64,000 nucleotides of DNA from a virus. Its lineage: Duplodnaviria; Heunggongvirae; Uroviricota; Caudoviricetes. Both the position numbers and the translations under genes were made by a program. The stretch is taken from the IMG/VR virus record IMGVR_UViG_3300033075_001920. One strand, 5' to 3'. This document shows, piece by piece, positions 54,508-64,000 of the stretch (position 1 is its first letter; the number at the start of each line of letters is the position of its first letter). The notes beneath the pieces were generated by a model. It was not told the DNA's origin, searched no databases, and saw nothing but the letters and a program-made list of their open reading frames with translations.

Positions 54508-56063
54508 CAAGAAGAGAAGAAATATCCGCCGAACTTGCAGATCTTCAATTTCTATTGGACGATACAAGTGGAACCATCTCCCAGGAGGTGAAAAATATTG
54601 CTGCCGCAACAATGTCCGAGCTGCAAAAGGAATTGGATGACTTGATAGACAATCCAAGTCCTGAACCGGAACCTGTTCCCGAGCCTCCAAAAGGTCCTTC
54701 GGCGGCTAAAAAGAAAGGTAAAACGGTTGTAAAAACAGAACCGATACCCGAGCCTCCGGCGCCTGCTCCACCAATACCGGCTGAAGGTAAAACAGACCTG
54801 AGAGCAGCTGTTATAATAGCTATCAAAGAATTGATGGACTTAGGCAGAGGCAGTGGCGTAGATTCCGACCAGGTACAAGGCATTATCAAAGAGTATCTTG
54901 CCATTAAAAAGATTACTCTTGAAGAACTGGATAAATCAGTTCTGGAAGAAATTAAGCGCAACCAAACAGTTGTCTTAGAAATTCCAAGATTTGGCTTAAA
55001 AGTCTCTTTAAGCAAAGAAATTGCCGAAATTCCAAATATCTTCTCCATTATTGATGATGTACTGGCCGGCAATAACGTTATGCTGATTGGAGAAGCAGGT
55101 GGAGGTAAGACATTCACAGCTGAAAAGGTTGCACAAATCTTAAAAAGAAAGGTTGCAATTATCAACTGCAGCCAATATACATCGCCGGTTGAAATTCTTG
55201 GCGGTCAGACCATCGAAGGATATAAAGACGGAAAGCTTATTGTTGCATGGAGAGAAGGTTATATTCTCATTCTGGATGAGATGGCTAAACTCGATAGCAA
55301 TACAGCCGGTCTATTTAACGATGCTCTGGCTAAGAGCACAAAAACAACTCCTTCCGAAAATGCAATGATCAGCACTGCAAATCCGGAAGAACCGCCAATT
55401 CAGCGTAATAATAATTTTGGGGTTATTGCAACCGCAAACATCTACGCCAACAAGCCTCCGCAGGGTGGTTATGTAGGAAATAATCAGCAGGATTTATCCT
55501 TGCTTGACCGTTTTTCCGGATCTGTTTACTTCGTGGAATTTTCCAATTACATAGACCAAAGCAGTTGCAGATATAAATTTCTGTATGACTTTTTGGTAGG
55601 TAATTACCATGAGTATATTGCAGCAGTCCGAGATAACAAGACACCTGGGGATGCAAGAGGGCTTAGAACCATCATTGAAAAGAACAATTACAAGAATATG
55701 GCCCTGATGTCTTACAGGACGATCACCGCATTCAGGGTGGCATTCGAAATGCAGCTTGTCAGAGCTTTTCAGAAAAAAGCCGGTCAGCCGGTTCTTGAAA
55801 AAGGTGGTAAAACGGTCAGACAGACATATGAGAACTATCTGATAGCGTTTTCGGAAGATGCGCGTCAATCCATTATTCGAACAGTTGGCACTCCGGATGC
55901 GCTTGAAAGGATGGCTAGAAACACGATTGAATCCATTGTTGATGGAGATGAAAACACGTTTAGAAACTCACTTACAGATGCTATCAGGGATGTTGCTTCG
56001 GAATTGTATGAAGAATCAAAACAATGGCTGCTTGCTGAAAACTACGATGTAAAAGGTAGATAA
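54504..56063 (+). CDS. MoxR/CobS-like AAA+ ATPase with Pro-rich N-terminal linker
   Basis: GEAGGGKT, LILDEM, IATAN, LLDRF. Confidence 0.88.
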   Translation: MTRREEISAELADLQFLLDDTSGTISQEVKNIAAATMSELQKELDDLIDNPSPEPEPVPEPPKGPSAAKKKGKTVVKTEPIPEPPAPAPPIPAEGKTDLRAAVIIAIKELMDLGRGSGVDSDQVQGIIKEYLAIKKITLEELDKSVLEEIKRNQTVVLEIPRFGLKVSLSKEIAEIPNIFSIIDDVLAGNNVMLIGEAGGGKTFTAEKVAQILKRKVAIINCSQYTSPVEILGGQTIEGYKDGKLIVAWREGYILILDEMAKLDSNTAGLFNDALAKSTKTTPSENAMISTANPEEPPIQRNNNFGVIATANIYANKPPQGGYVGNNQQDLSLLDRFSGSVYFVEFSNYIDQSSCRYKFLYDFLVGNYHEYIAAVRDNKTPGDARGLRTIIEKNNYKNMALMSYRTITAFRVAFEMQLVRAFQKKAGQPVLEKGGKTVRQTYENYLIAFSEDARQSIIRTVGTPDALERMARNTIESIVDGDENTFRNSLTDAIRDVASELYEESKQWLLAENYDVKGR

Positions 56064-57379
56064 TGCCTGAAATAATCAAAGATACCGCTACTAGAACAAC
56101 AAACATCTATTTTAAAAATGGATTGTTTGAAAGTTTTGATTATGTTGCAAAAAGAAAAAGAGAAGCTCGCCATCCTAATATTGTATCACTATTTCAGAGA
56201 GAAGATAATGATTATACGCATCAAAATAATTTAAACAGATTTAAAAAGGAATGGTTTGGTACACTTGATTTAGAAGAGGTAAAACGACCTAAAACTTCAT
56301 TTTTATTTTCTGAAAAGATATATGGGATGATTGATAAATTTGAGAAGAAAACGGATAAAATTGATGTTTCGGCATTGAATCAGAAAAAAAAGATAGTGTT
56401 CAATGACCGTCAACTGGGTATTTTCTCTTTTGATTTGGCATCCTTGGGTCTTATTCCGGTTGTGGAATATTACAGCCCTTATTTGAAGTATATCGTAAGC
56501 CCTAATCTTGTAAGAAGCAGAAAAGTGGATGGAAAGCTTGAATTTTATCATATTGAGCAAATAAGAATACCGGAGCATAAGCTTCAAGAAAAGGGAGCAG
56601 ACCTATATAGTCCTATTTTAAAACGGAATGTCACAAGATCGGAAGCAAGGGTAATTACGGATGACGACGGAAATATTATTTTTATTTTTCCGGAAAGACC
56701 GGCTGTAGCTGAGCACACTGTTGAGCAGCGCCAAGTGAACCTTCCCAATGGAACAAGAAAATTCTCATCTACCTGGAAGAAGTCATTTATTTTCTTAGAA
56801 AAGAATCCTCATCAATTACCAACAATTGATATCATTATTAATAGTTCATTTTCTTGGAAAATAAAGGCAGACTCAGAAATGTTATTTAATTGTCTCCCTT
56901 TGGTAGTGATGATGAAAATGTTAGAAAAAAATAACGTCAAATTTCGTGTTTTTACTGTAAAAGCATTAATGTTTCAAAAGGATAATGGTACGCCAAATTC
57001 TGTTAATGCTTTTGTGAAATTAAAAGACACAAATGATCCTATAGATTATACAACATTAATGATTACCTCTTCTGATGCAAGATACTGCAGATTTGAAAGT
57101 TTGAAATTAAACATTGTTGCAGCTATGGATTCAGGCAGTGAAGATAAAATAACTAATGGATTGGGTTATCCAGTTAATGATTATAATTTATTGAAAAAAA
57201 ACTTCAATCAGGTTATAAGGGAAACTAAGGATTATGGAGAGGCTGACCCGAAATTTTATCAAGGCGATAATGAAAATAACAAGTTGATATTTACAACTTC
57301 CCTTTCAGAGCAGCAAGCTTTCGAGCGCTATGAGGAAAACGTAAATAAAATCAAGGACATGTTAAAAAGAGCAGGATGA
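56063..57379 (+). CDS. putative vWA/CobT-like partner of the AAA ATPase
   Basis: gene adjacency; C-terminal Rossmann-like IDIIINSS strand; fold inferred. Confidence 0.6.
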   Translation: MPEIIKDTATRTTNIYFKNGLFESFDYVAKRKREARHPNIVSLFQREDNDYTHQNNLNRFKKEWFGTLDLEEVKRPKTSFLFSEKIYGMIDKFEKKTDKIDVSALNQKKKIVFNDRQLGIFSFDLASLGLIPVVEYYSPYLKYIVSPNLVRSRKVDGKLEFYHIEQIRIPEHKLQEKGADLYSPILKRNVTRSEARVITDDDGNIIFIFPERPAVAEHTVEQRQVNLPNGTRKFSSTWKKSFIFLEKNPHQLPTIDIIINSSFSWKIKADSEMLFNCLPLVVMMKMLEKNNVKFRVFTVKALMFQKDNGTPNSVNAFVKLKDTNDPIDYTTLMITSSDARYCRFESLKLNIVAAMDSGSEDKITNGLGYPVNDYNLLKKNFNQVIRETKDYGEADPKFYQGDNENNKLIFTTSLSEQQAFERYEENVNKIKDMLKRAG

Positions 57380-57678
57380 CCGCAGAGCAGAAGATGCAAA
57401 TACAGATACTCCGTGAGCAATATACTCAGAATTGCAGCAAATATGCTACAAAAGGGAGCCATCATATCTGCAGTTTTACGGTACAGAAATCCTCAAATCC
57501 GGAAGATAAATCCGTTACAGTAGTTTGGAATCAGATTACCGGAATTGATGATAACCTGATACCCGAAAGCGAGCTGGTGTTTTACAACATTACCGAGGAT
57601 GGAAACTGTGTTAACCTGGCTTTAATTCTTGATTTTAAACAAATGGCGGATTACACCGGTAAATTGATAGACCTATGA
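57376..57678 (+). CDS. hypothetical protein
   Basis: ORF. Confidence 0.65.
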   Translation: MTAEQKMQIQILREQYTQNCSKYATKGSHHICSFTVQKSSNPEDKSVTVVWNQITGIDDNLIPESELVFYNITEDGNCVNLALILDFKQMADYTGKLIDL

Positions 57679-58034
57679 AAGAGATAAAAATGTTAAATTT
57701 CCTGAGGATCACTAAAAGTGAATACAAGTATATTCCGGATGACTGCATTCAGCTTGCCGAAATGGTAGACGATGTGAGTACAGAGCTTTTGGATGCATAT
57801 GAAAAGGAGCCTGAAAAATCATTAGCTGTCAGAATCCTCGGAAGCAAACTGTTCACTATTTTAACAGATTCTTTAAAGCAAATACCATCTTTCACCAATC
57901 GTGTAACGGACGTTGTGTCCGAGCTGGAAAATGCACCGGCTGAGCAAATAAAGGAAATCGTTGAAGAAACTATTGAAACTCAAAAAAAGAAAGACGAAGA
58001 TATTTTAGATATTATTGATAACTTAGAATTATAA
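57675..58034 (+). CDS. hypothetical acidic protein
   Basis: ORF. Confidence 0.65.
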   Translation: MKEIKMLNFLRITKSEYKYIPDDCIQLAEMVDDVSTELLDAYEKEPEKSLAVRILGSKLFTILTDSLKQIPSFTNRVTDVVSELENAPAEQIKEIVEETIETQKKKDEDILDIIDNLEL

Positions 58035-58038
58035 CATT

Positions 58039-59685
58039 ATGGCAAAACCAATAAAAGCAAATGAATATTTTTATTCAAAGATTGTTTTATCAAGGCTGAG
58101 TCCTGCGGCTGTGGCTATCTTAAAGAAAATCAAAAAAGACACCAATAAATTTAAGGATGTAGATGCTCAGAATGAAGCTGCATTCATAAAACTGGCAACA
58201 AAGATTAGGGCTGAAAAGCCGGAAGCTTGGAAAGACACCAAAGAAAACTTAGCGGCTAATGCAGCCAAAAGACCAGTTCCTGCGCCAAAGCCCGAGCCAG
58301 AACCCGAGCCCAAACCTGAACCACCAAAGAGAAAACCGGTAAAAAGGGTAACTCTTACCAATAAAGAAAAGGATGCTGCCAGACTTGGCAAACGTCCTGG
58401 ATGGAGAATACCTGGTTCAAACAGAGTTCCTCTGAGAAAGGATATCAGTTCAGGACTTGCCTATTTTGAAAACAGAAGTAATCGGGCTGATGTGAATAGA
58501 AAGGGATATCCGTACTTGAACAAGGGCGGTAAAACAAAAGGAACAGGGGTTGGAAAAGTGTTTTATCAGCAGCACGGCATTGGTAGTTCTAAATACACCA
58601 TTAGCTATCACGATGGAGAACAGACTCATAAAGACGGAAGTCCTTTTTACGGAATAAAAATATTCAACAATAAAAAAGACTTGGAATCTGCTATAAGTAA
58701 GTTTAAAGCTGAAGGATACACAGAAACTAGTGGGTTTGGCTATGCTAAAGGTGGTAAACTAGCTGATGAAAAATTAGCTAATTTAGCTTATCAAATACAT
58801 GCTGCCGATCAAGGTTGGAAGAAAAATCATCCGGAAGAATTCAAAAAAATGGTAGAAGAATACCAAAAAGAATTTTCAAAAATGCATGGAGGAAAAAGGG
58901 ACCAGAGCCAGTTTGCCAGAGGTGGCAAAGTAATCAGTGTTACTAAAATCAGCGATATACCCGATATTAAACAAAAGGTAAGGGCGGGTAAGGTTTCTTA
59001 CCGTGGTCTTGGCTTTGGAAAGCTGTACAATGATTTTCGTAAGTTGGCTGGCGAGAGCGGCACAAGAATCAAGGTGGATGGAAAAGAGTATTACATTACC
59101 GATACAGACTATGAAAAGCTAAGGGAATACAACGGTGGCAATCATCTGAGGTTTGATGCCCCTTACCGTAAATATGCCAAAGGGGGGCAAACAGATCTGA
59201 ATTCTATCATAGCAGACATAGACCTCCAACTTGAAAAACTAGTAAAAGATGATTATTGGGAATCTGATGAGTATCATAATAAGCAAGATGAAATTTATCA
59301 AAAGATAGGCGCCATAAAACCTTGGACTGATCAGGACGATGACTATATGCTTAAAGCTACTGCGGAAGAAATTCTTGAATATATGAAAGAACGTGCTCAG
59401 GGGTTGAATTCAAAAGCAAAAATTACGGAAAAAGATATTACCGTCGGATCTATATTTCGAATGGATAATGGAATTGAATGGGAAATCGATGAAATTGAAG
59501 ATGATCCAAAATTTGGGAAGTTAGTATCTACAAGTATTACCGGTGGTAAAAAGGGAGACTACCGCGATCCTATCGATGATTTAGTCGATTTTCTTAATGA
59601 AAATAATTCAATAAAAGTCAGCAATGCCGGCGAAAAATTCGCGATGGGAGGTCGGATAAAAGAAAAAACACACAGAACGATATGA
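58039..59685 (+). CDS. modular protein with repeated (Y/F)xxGG linkers
   Basis: LNKGG, YAKGG x2, FARGG, FAMGG. Confidence 0.82.
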   Translation: MAKPIKANEYFYSKIVLSRLSPAAVAILKKIKKDTNKFKDVDAQNEAAFIKLATKIRAEKPEAWKDTKENLAANAAKRPVPAPKPEPEPEPKPEPPKRKPVKRVTLTNKEKDAARLGKRPGWRIPGSNRVPLRKDISSGLAYFENRSNRADVNRKGYPYLNKGGKTKGTGVGKVFYQQHGIGSSKYTISYHDGEQTHKDGSPFYGIKIFNNKKDLESAISKFKAEGYTETSGFGYAKGGKLADEKLANLAYQIHAADQGWKKNHPEEFKKMVEEYQKEFSKMHGGKRDQSQFARGGKVISVTKISDIPDIKQKVRAGKVSYRGLGFGKLYNDFRKLAGESGTRIKVDGKEYYITDTDYEKLREYNGGNHLRFDAPYRKYAKGGQTDLNSIIADIDLQLEKLVKDDYWESDEYHNKQDEIYQKIGAIKPWTDQDDDYMLKATAEEILEYMKERAQGLNSKAKITEKDITVGSIFRMDNGIEWEIDEIEDDPKFGKLVSTSITGGKKGDYRDPIDDLVDFLNENNSIKVSNAGEKFAMGGRIKEKTHRTI

Positions 59686-62600
59686 AACTATTCACCAAAG
59701 AAATAGATAAAAAGCTTTTTGCCAATTTTGATCCACTGGCGAAGGAAGAAAAGCATTGGGACGAAATGGATGTAGTTTGTAAAATATTCAATCCATACGG
59801 ACGGGGGTATTGGTACATCATCAGTTCAGACCCTAATGATCCTGATTATCTTTGGGGAATAGTAAAATTATATGAAACTGAGGTGGGTTCTTTCAGTAGA
59901 AGTGATTTAGAGGGTATAAAATTTGGTCCGTTTAAACTTGGACTTGAAAGAGATTTAAGTTTTAGAGATCAAAATGCCGGTGAATTGTACGAAGGTCTTC
60001 TTAAGGGTAAGCATTATGCCAATGGTGGACGCATTGTTTCTCTTGGTACTGAATTTGGAGCCGGTTCGTCATCTGACTACAGTTATTCTATTCTCCCGCT
60101 TTCTTCCGCTTTAAAAGTGTTCAATGATGGCAAAGTTGATGTATTTGTCCTTTATCCGGATAAAAAAACCAAAAAGATTGAATCCGTTGAAGAACTCAAA
60201 GAACATTCCGGGAAAAATAAATTGTTTGCAAACTTCGATAAGCTGTACCAAAACTATGAAGTATACGATAAATCCGAAGAAGGCATGTTTGCCCAAGGTG
60301 GTAGCGTAAATAGTAATGAGGATATTAAAAAACTACTCGAAGCCTTAAAAAAGAAACTTGAAGCAAAATACAGTTTCCTTACATGGTCTGTAGATTCTTA
60401 CGATACAAAACACCCATTCTTGCAAGAGGGATATGCTATAAACTTTAAAGCACCAAAACTTTTCAGTCAGAACTTTATTGTTGTAACAAAAATCACAGAC
60501 ACAAGTGAACATTGGAAGCGTTTTAATAAGGGTTTAAACTACTTTTTGCAGATCTACTATTATCCGATAGTGCATATTTATGGCAGTGATGATAGAGATC
60601 AAAACCCAACATATACAGAAATGGCTGAAAAGTTATTTTCTTTAAAGTATTTAGAGAAAATGATTGTGGATATGGATAAGTCGTTTACTTACGTAAATAA
60701 AGATAAGCCTAAATACGCCCAAGGTGGTAAAACGCCAAGCAACTTAAAATACAAGCCTGGTGATATTGCCTATGTTTTTCAGTATCACAATGAGCAATAT
60801 GATAAATCTCTTCCGGAAAAATACATTATTCGTGGCGAAGGTGACATGAACATTCAAAAGTGGTGCAAGGTAAAGGTATTGAATGTTATAAGCGATGAAA
60901 AGTACTTTGAAAGATACAGGGTAGAACAAATTGATGGTTATAGACCGGATAAAATATTTACCGTCTATCAGTCTGCAATGGCAGATTCAAATAAAAAAAG
61001 AATTGCTATAGGATATGCCCAAGGTGGTAAAATACAGGATTATACCAAACTGGAAGGATATTATCTCCATGTGTTTGAACCGGGGGATGATGAACCGTTT
61101 GTAAAAACCATAAAAAGTGTCAAGAAAAGCGATCCGAAATTTGATAAGGTAACATATAAGATTGATGCCGGGTATCCTGGTCAGCCTGATTCCTATTTGG
61201 AATATACATTTACCGAGGCTGAAATGAAAAAATTGCTTACCGAGGGGGTAAAGGCGCGTCAGTTTGGCGCTAAGGAGCCTTACATGTTTTACCTTCATGA
61301 TATGAATAATAATTTTCTCTATGATAAAGGTGGAGAAATAAATTCCGATTCAGAAATGCTTGCCGGTTGGCTTCCATCATCTGTAGTTATGGCTGGTTAT
61401 CAATCCTATTGTGATTTCATCTGGAATGGAGATGATTCAAGATTAAATAAAGCGGGAACGGAAAATCGCTTACAGGAATATAAGCAAATGAAAGAGGATT
61501 TTGACAATAAGCTTATTCCACCAAGAAAGATTATTGGAACAGGTTACAAGCCTCAATACGTCAGAAAAATTGCGAATGAATACCTGGATAAAATGATTAA
61601 GGAATTTACTTTAAATGTAAATACAAAGGGAACGACCAGTGATATTAATCAAGCTAATTTCAAACATTGGCTTAGAAAATTGCGCGATGACGGAAAAGTA
61701 AGTCAGGAAAAATACGATTCACTTGTAAAAGAAATGGAGGATATAGTATTTGGAAACGGGCTTGGTGTCTTTAAAAAAGGCGGTTCTACTGAAGCAAAAA
61801 AATATGTAGTAGTAGGATATAATAAGCCCGGTGATGTCACCGGCTTTGTTGAATCCTCTCCTACTTCACTGGAAAATGCCAAGCGGGTTATAGAAGGAGC
61901 AAAGAAAGTTGATGCATTGGTAGGTGGTGATTCAAAAATCAGAAAGGCTATACCGCTTAGTGATGCTGAAAAAATGGATCTAGTGGGTAAAGAATACTTC
62001 AAATATGCTTCCGGAGGTAAATTGAGCGATAGAACAATATATGTTCCTAATCGCGACATCAAAGAACTCACAATTGCCTTAAAAAATGAATTGAAGACCG
62101 TCTCTGGTAGTCAGGTGGTAGATGGTGTTTACTTGAAAAAGAAAGCAACATTGAGTAAGAAAAAAGATGATCTTATTGAAAAGTTGCACGGTTTTATAAA
62201 TTCCGATAAAACCAAATCTGAGGAGTTTAAAAAAGCAGCGATAAAATTTATCAATACTTCACATATAAATAAATTGAGAAAAGATGGATTAACCGATAGG
62301 CAAATCATTGGCTATATGGTAGGTCCTGCATTTATTTTCGATATAAAATGTGATGCAGAATTTAATAATAGCTCAGTTGAGGGCATATTTGATTACAGAG
62401 AAGAATTCTGGGAAGATAATTTAAAAACAGCCACAATTTCTGTAAAAGAAGGTTATTATGAAGCTGGCATCAAATACGTATTTGATGCAGACTGGAAGAA
62501 AATATTTAAAGAAAATAATATTTCTTTTGATAATACGAAGAAGATAATTAAAGTCAAAAGTAAATCGCATCCAAAGTATGGATGGCAGGAAATAGAATAT

Positions 62601-63152
62601 GAAACCTACAGCAATGGTACGCTCATTTTTGGACGTGAAATCGGAAGAAAAGTGTATAATTTAGATGGTACCCTTGAAAGAGAAACTGATATTTACGAAG
62701 AACTTGGATTAGAAAAAAGATCCAAAATTGACTTAAATGGTGGGCATTATTGGGGAGTGGTTTCAAAAACTTCGCCCGCAATGGACAAATTTCTTGAATC
62801 TATTTTTTCTCAAACACAAGCCTACGTAAAAGATTGTAATTATATATACAACGGTCTTGGAGGAATTAACTACAAGGATGTTGAAGGTAAATTTGCCAAA
62901 GGAGGTCGAATCAGTATTCGTGGAAATGAATACAAAGACCGGGTTACTAAGGTTATTGATGGGAAAAAATACGAATACGAGATGGTATATAGCAAGCTCT
63001 ACAAAACCTTCAATATTCGAATTACATCCGATGCCGGCGGTCCTGCGGAATATACCTGGTCAATCCAACATCTTCCGGAAGAAATGGCAGATCTGATTAT
63101 GAACAGCATGGATGGCATGGTGCATTACTTTGCTACCGGAAAACCAATGTAA
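59682..63152 (+). CDS. large modular (polyvalent-type) protein, N-terminal DUF2958-like domain, repeated (Y/F)xxGG linkers
   Basis: KIFNPYGRGYWY..E.GSFS..L..LERDLSF; YANGG, FAQGG, YAQGG x2, YDKGG, FKKGG, YASGG, FAKGG. Confidence 0.85.
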   Translation: MKLFTKEIDKKLFANFDPLAKEEKHWDEMDVVCKIFNPYGRGYWYIISSDPNDPDYLWGIVKLYETEVGSFSRSDLEGIKFGPFKLGLERDLSFRDQNAGELYEGLLKGKHYANGGRIVSLGTEFGAGSSSDYSYSILPLSSALKVFNDGKVDVFVLYPDKKTKKIESVEELKEHSGKNKLFANFDKLYQNYEVYDKSEEGMFAQGGSVNSNEDIKKLLEALKKKLEAKYSFLTWSVDSYDTKHPFLQEGYAINFKAPKLFSQNFIVVTKITDTSEHWKRFNKGLNYFLQIYYYPIVHIYGSDDRDQNPTYTEMAEKLFSLKYLEKMIVDMDKSFTYVNKDKPKYAQGGKTPSNLKYKPGDIAYVFQYHNEQYDKSLPEKYIIRGEGDMNIQKWCKVKVLNVISDEKYFERYRVEQIDGYRPDKIFTVYQSAMADSNKKRIAIGYAQGGKIQDYTKLEGYYLHVFEPGDDEPFVKTIKSVKKSDPKFDKVTYKIDAGYPGQPDSYLEYTFTEAEMKKLLTEGVKARQFGAKEPYMFYLHDMNNNFLYDKGGEINSDSEMLAGWLPSSVVMAGYQSYCDFIWNGDDSRLNKAGTENRLQEYKQMKEDFDNKLIPPRKIIGTGYKPQYVRKIANEYLDKMIKEFTLNVNTKGTTSDINQANFKHWLRKLRDDGKVSQEKYDSLVKEMEDIVFGNGLGVFKKGGSTEAKKYVVVGYNKPGDVTGFVESSPTSLENAKRVIEGAKKVDALVGGDSKIRKAIPLSDAEKMDLVGKEYFKYASGGKLSDRTIYVPNRDIKELTIALKNELKTVSGSQVVDGVYLKKKATLSKKKDDLIEKLHGFINSDKTKSEEFKKAAIKFINTSHINKLRKDGLTDRQIIGYMVGPAFIFDIKCDAEFNNSSVEGIFDYREEFWEDNLKTATISVKEGYYEAGIKYVFDADWKKIFKENNISFDNTKKIIKVKSKSHPKYGWQEIEYETYSNGTLIFGREIGRKVYNLDGTLERETDIYEELGLEKRSKIDLNGGHYWGVVSKTSPAMDKFLESIFSQTQAYVKDCNYIYNGLGGINYKDVEGKFAKGGRISIRGNEYKDRVTKVIDGKKYEYEMVYSKLYKTFNIRITSDAGGPAEYTWSIQHLPEEMADLIMNSMDGMVHYFATGKPM

Positions 63153-63160
63153 TAAATAAA

Positions 63161-63853
63161 ATGGATAAAATTAATCCAAATAGCATAGCTCAGATAGATT
63201 ATTGCTCAAAAGAGTATGGAGTTGATTTGCTACATGTACGAAAAGGTCAACCAAGCAATATATTGACAAAAGTAAGATATTCTATTGACGATGAGAGTGA
63301 TATTGATATAATTCACACTTTTCAATTAATGTTTATAGGAATATCCAAAGTTGACCAGTCAAAGCCATTCGCGGTTGCATTTTTTGGAGATAATAATTTG
63401 AATCGATATGAGTATGCCACTGCTTCGAATACTATAGGGGACATTGTAGAAGTTCTTAAAAACTGGGATCAGCAGGAAGCTGTTGTTGAAATTTATAATC
63501 CAAACTCAAAGAAAATATTTATCTTTACAATTTATCCAATTGATCTTGAATATACTAATGAATCAGTAGGATTAACTCCCAAAGCAAAAAATGGTATGAA
63601 ATTAAAGAAAAAAGCAACATTAAAATCGCTTAGTTCAAAATACTCAGAAGGTGGAAGTACTGATTCTGAAAATCAATACAATCTTTTATATATTCCTGAA
63701 AACAAGCTGGTTCAGCAAAATATATCTGAGCAGGAAGTTATCAGCATAGTAAATTCGATGATTGCAGATCCAAGCAATCTGGTTCAATCATTTGATGATG
63801 CCAAAGTCTACCTTGAAATGAATGGGTATGATCTTGTAAAAAAAAAGCCCTGA
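63161..63853 (+). CDS. hypothetical protein with YSEGG motif
   Basis: ORF; shares LKKKATL segment with preceding gene. Confidence 0.7.
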   Translation: MDKINPNSIAQIDYCSKEYGVDLLHVRKGQPSNILTKVRYSIDDESDIDIIHTFQLMFIGISKVDQSKPFAVAFFGDNNLNRYEYATASNTIGDIVEVLKNWDQQEAVVEIYNPNSKKIFIFTIYPIDLEYTNESVGLTPKAKNGMKLKKKATLKSLSSKYSEGGSTDSENQYNLLYIPENKLVQQNISEQEVISIVNSMIADPSNLVQSFDDAKVYLEMNGYDLVKKKP

Positions 63854-64000
63854 CCACAACGGAACTTAAAGGCTATGCTAATAAGATAAAAGCCAATATG
63901 GAGCATATGGGCTCCTCTACCAATGATTGGACATCTACTCCTATTACCGGCTTTAATATTATTGATGTCAACGGCAAAGACAAGAGTATGCCTACTTTTG

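Noticed and set aside
407-62071. Many antisense or nested ORFs in the track (e.g. 407..883+, 16187..16603-, 32484..32822-, 54545..55165-, 61703..62071-)
   Set aside because: Shadow frames of longer, motif-bearing genes on the opposite strand.
1-64000. Alternative genetic code or suppressor tRNAs
   Set aside because: Long ORFs are intact under code 11, and no CTA/TTA/TCA anticodon was found.
1-64000. Prophage or ICE context
   Set aside because: No integrase, att site or host housekeeping genes seen in this window.

Overview
AT-rich segment of a large (probably jumbo) lytic phage of a Bacteroidota host. Evidence: dense small ORFs, TAnnTTTG -7 promoters and no integrase or host housekeeping genes. 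1-30.9 kb holds small hypothetical and early-type genes, a DNA amino-methyltransferase, RusA, an NAD+ salvage pair (NadM-Nudix plus Nampt) and replication/HTH genes. 31-42 kb is a glycosyltransferase/methyltransferase cluster. 43-52.8 kb is an RNA island with 25 tRNAs and a tmRNA. 52.8-64 kb encodes LPD29, MoxR-AAA/vWA-like, DUF2958 and modular proteins punctuated by a (Y/F)xxGG motif. Main discovery: each of the three tRNA operons is preceded by a leader peptide whose central codon run uses only the amino acids of the tRNAs in that operon. Each run is followed by an anti-terminator segment and an intrinsic terminator. This looks like a ribosome-stalling attenuator that would switch on phage tRNAs when those tRNAs are depleted. 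Also found: three promoter-driven TnpB/Cas12f-like guide-RNA scaffolds with short-repeat mini-arrays but no effector in the window, at least three circularly permuted tRNA-like elements, and tRNAs with swapped variable-arm classes. All calls were made by eye, without database searches.
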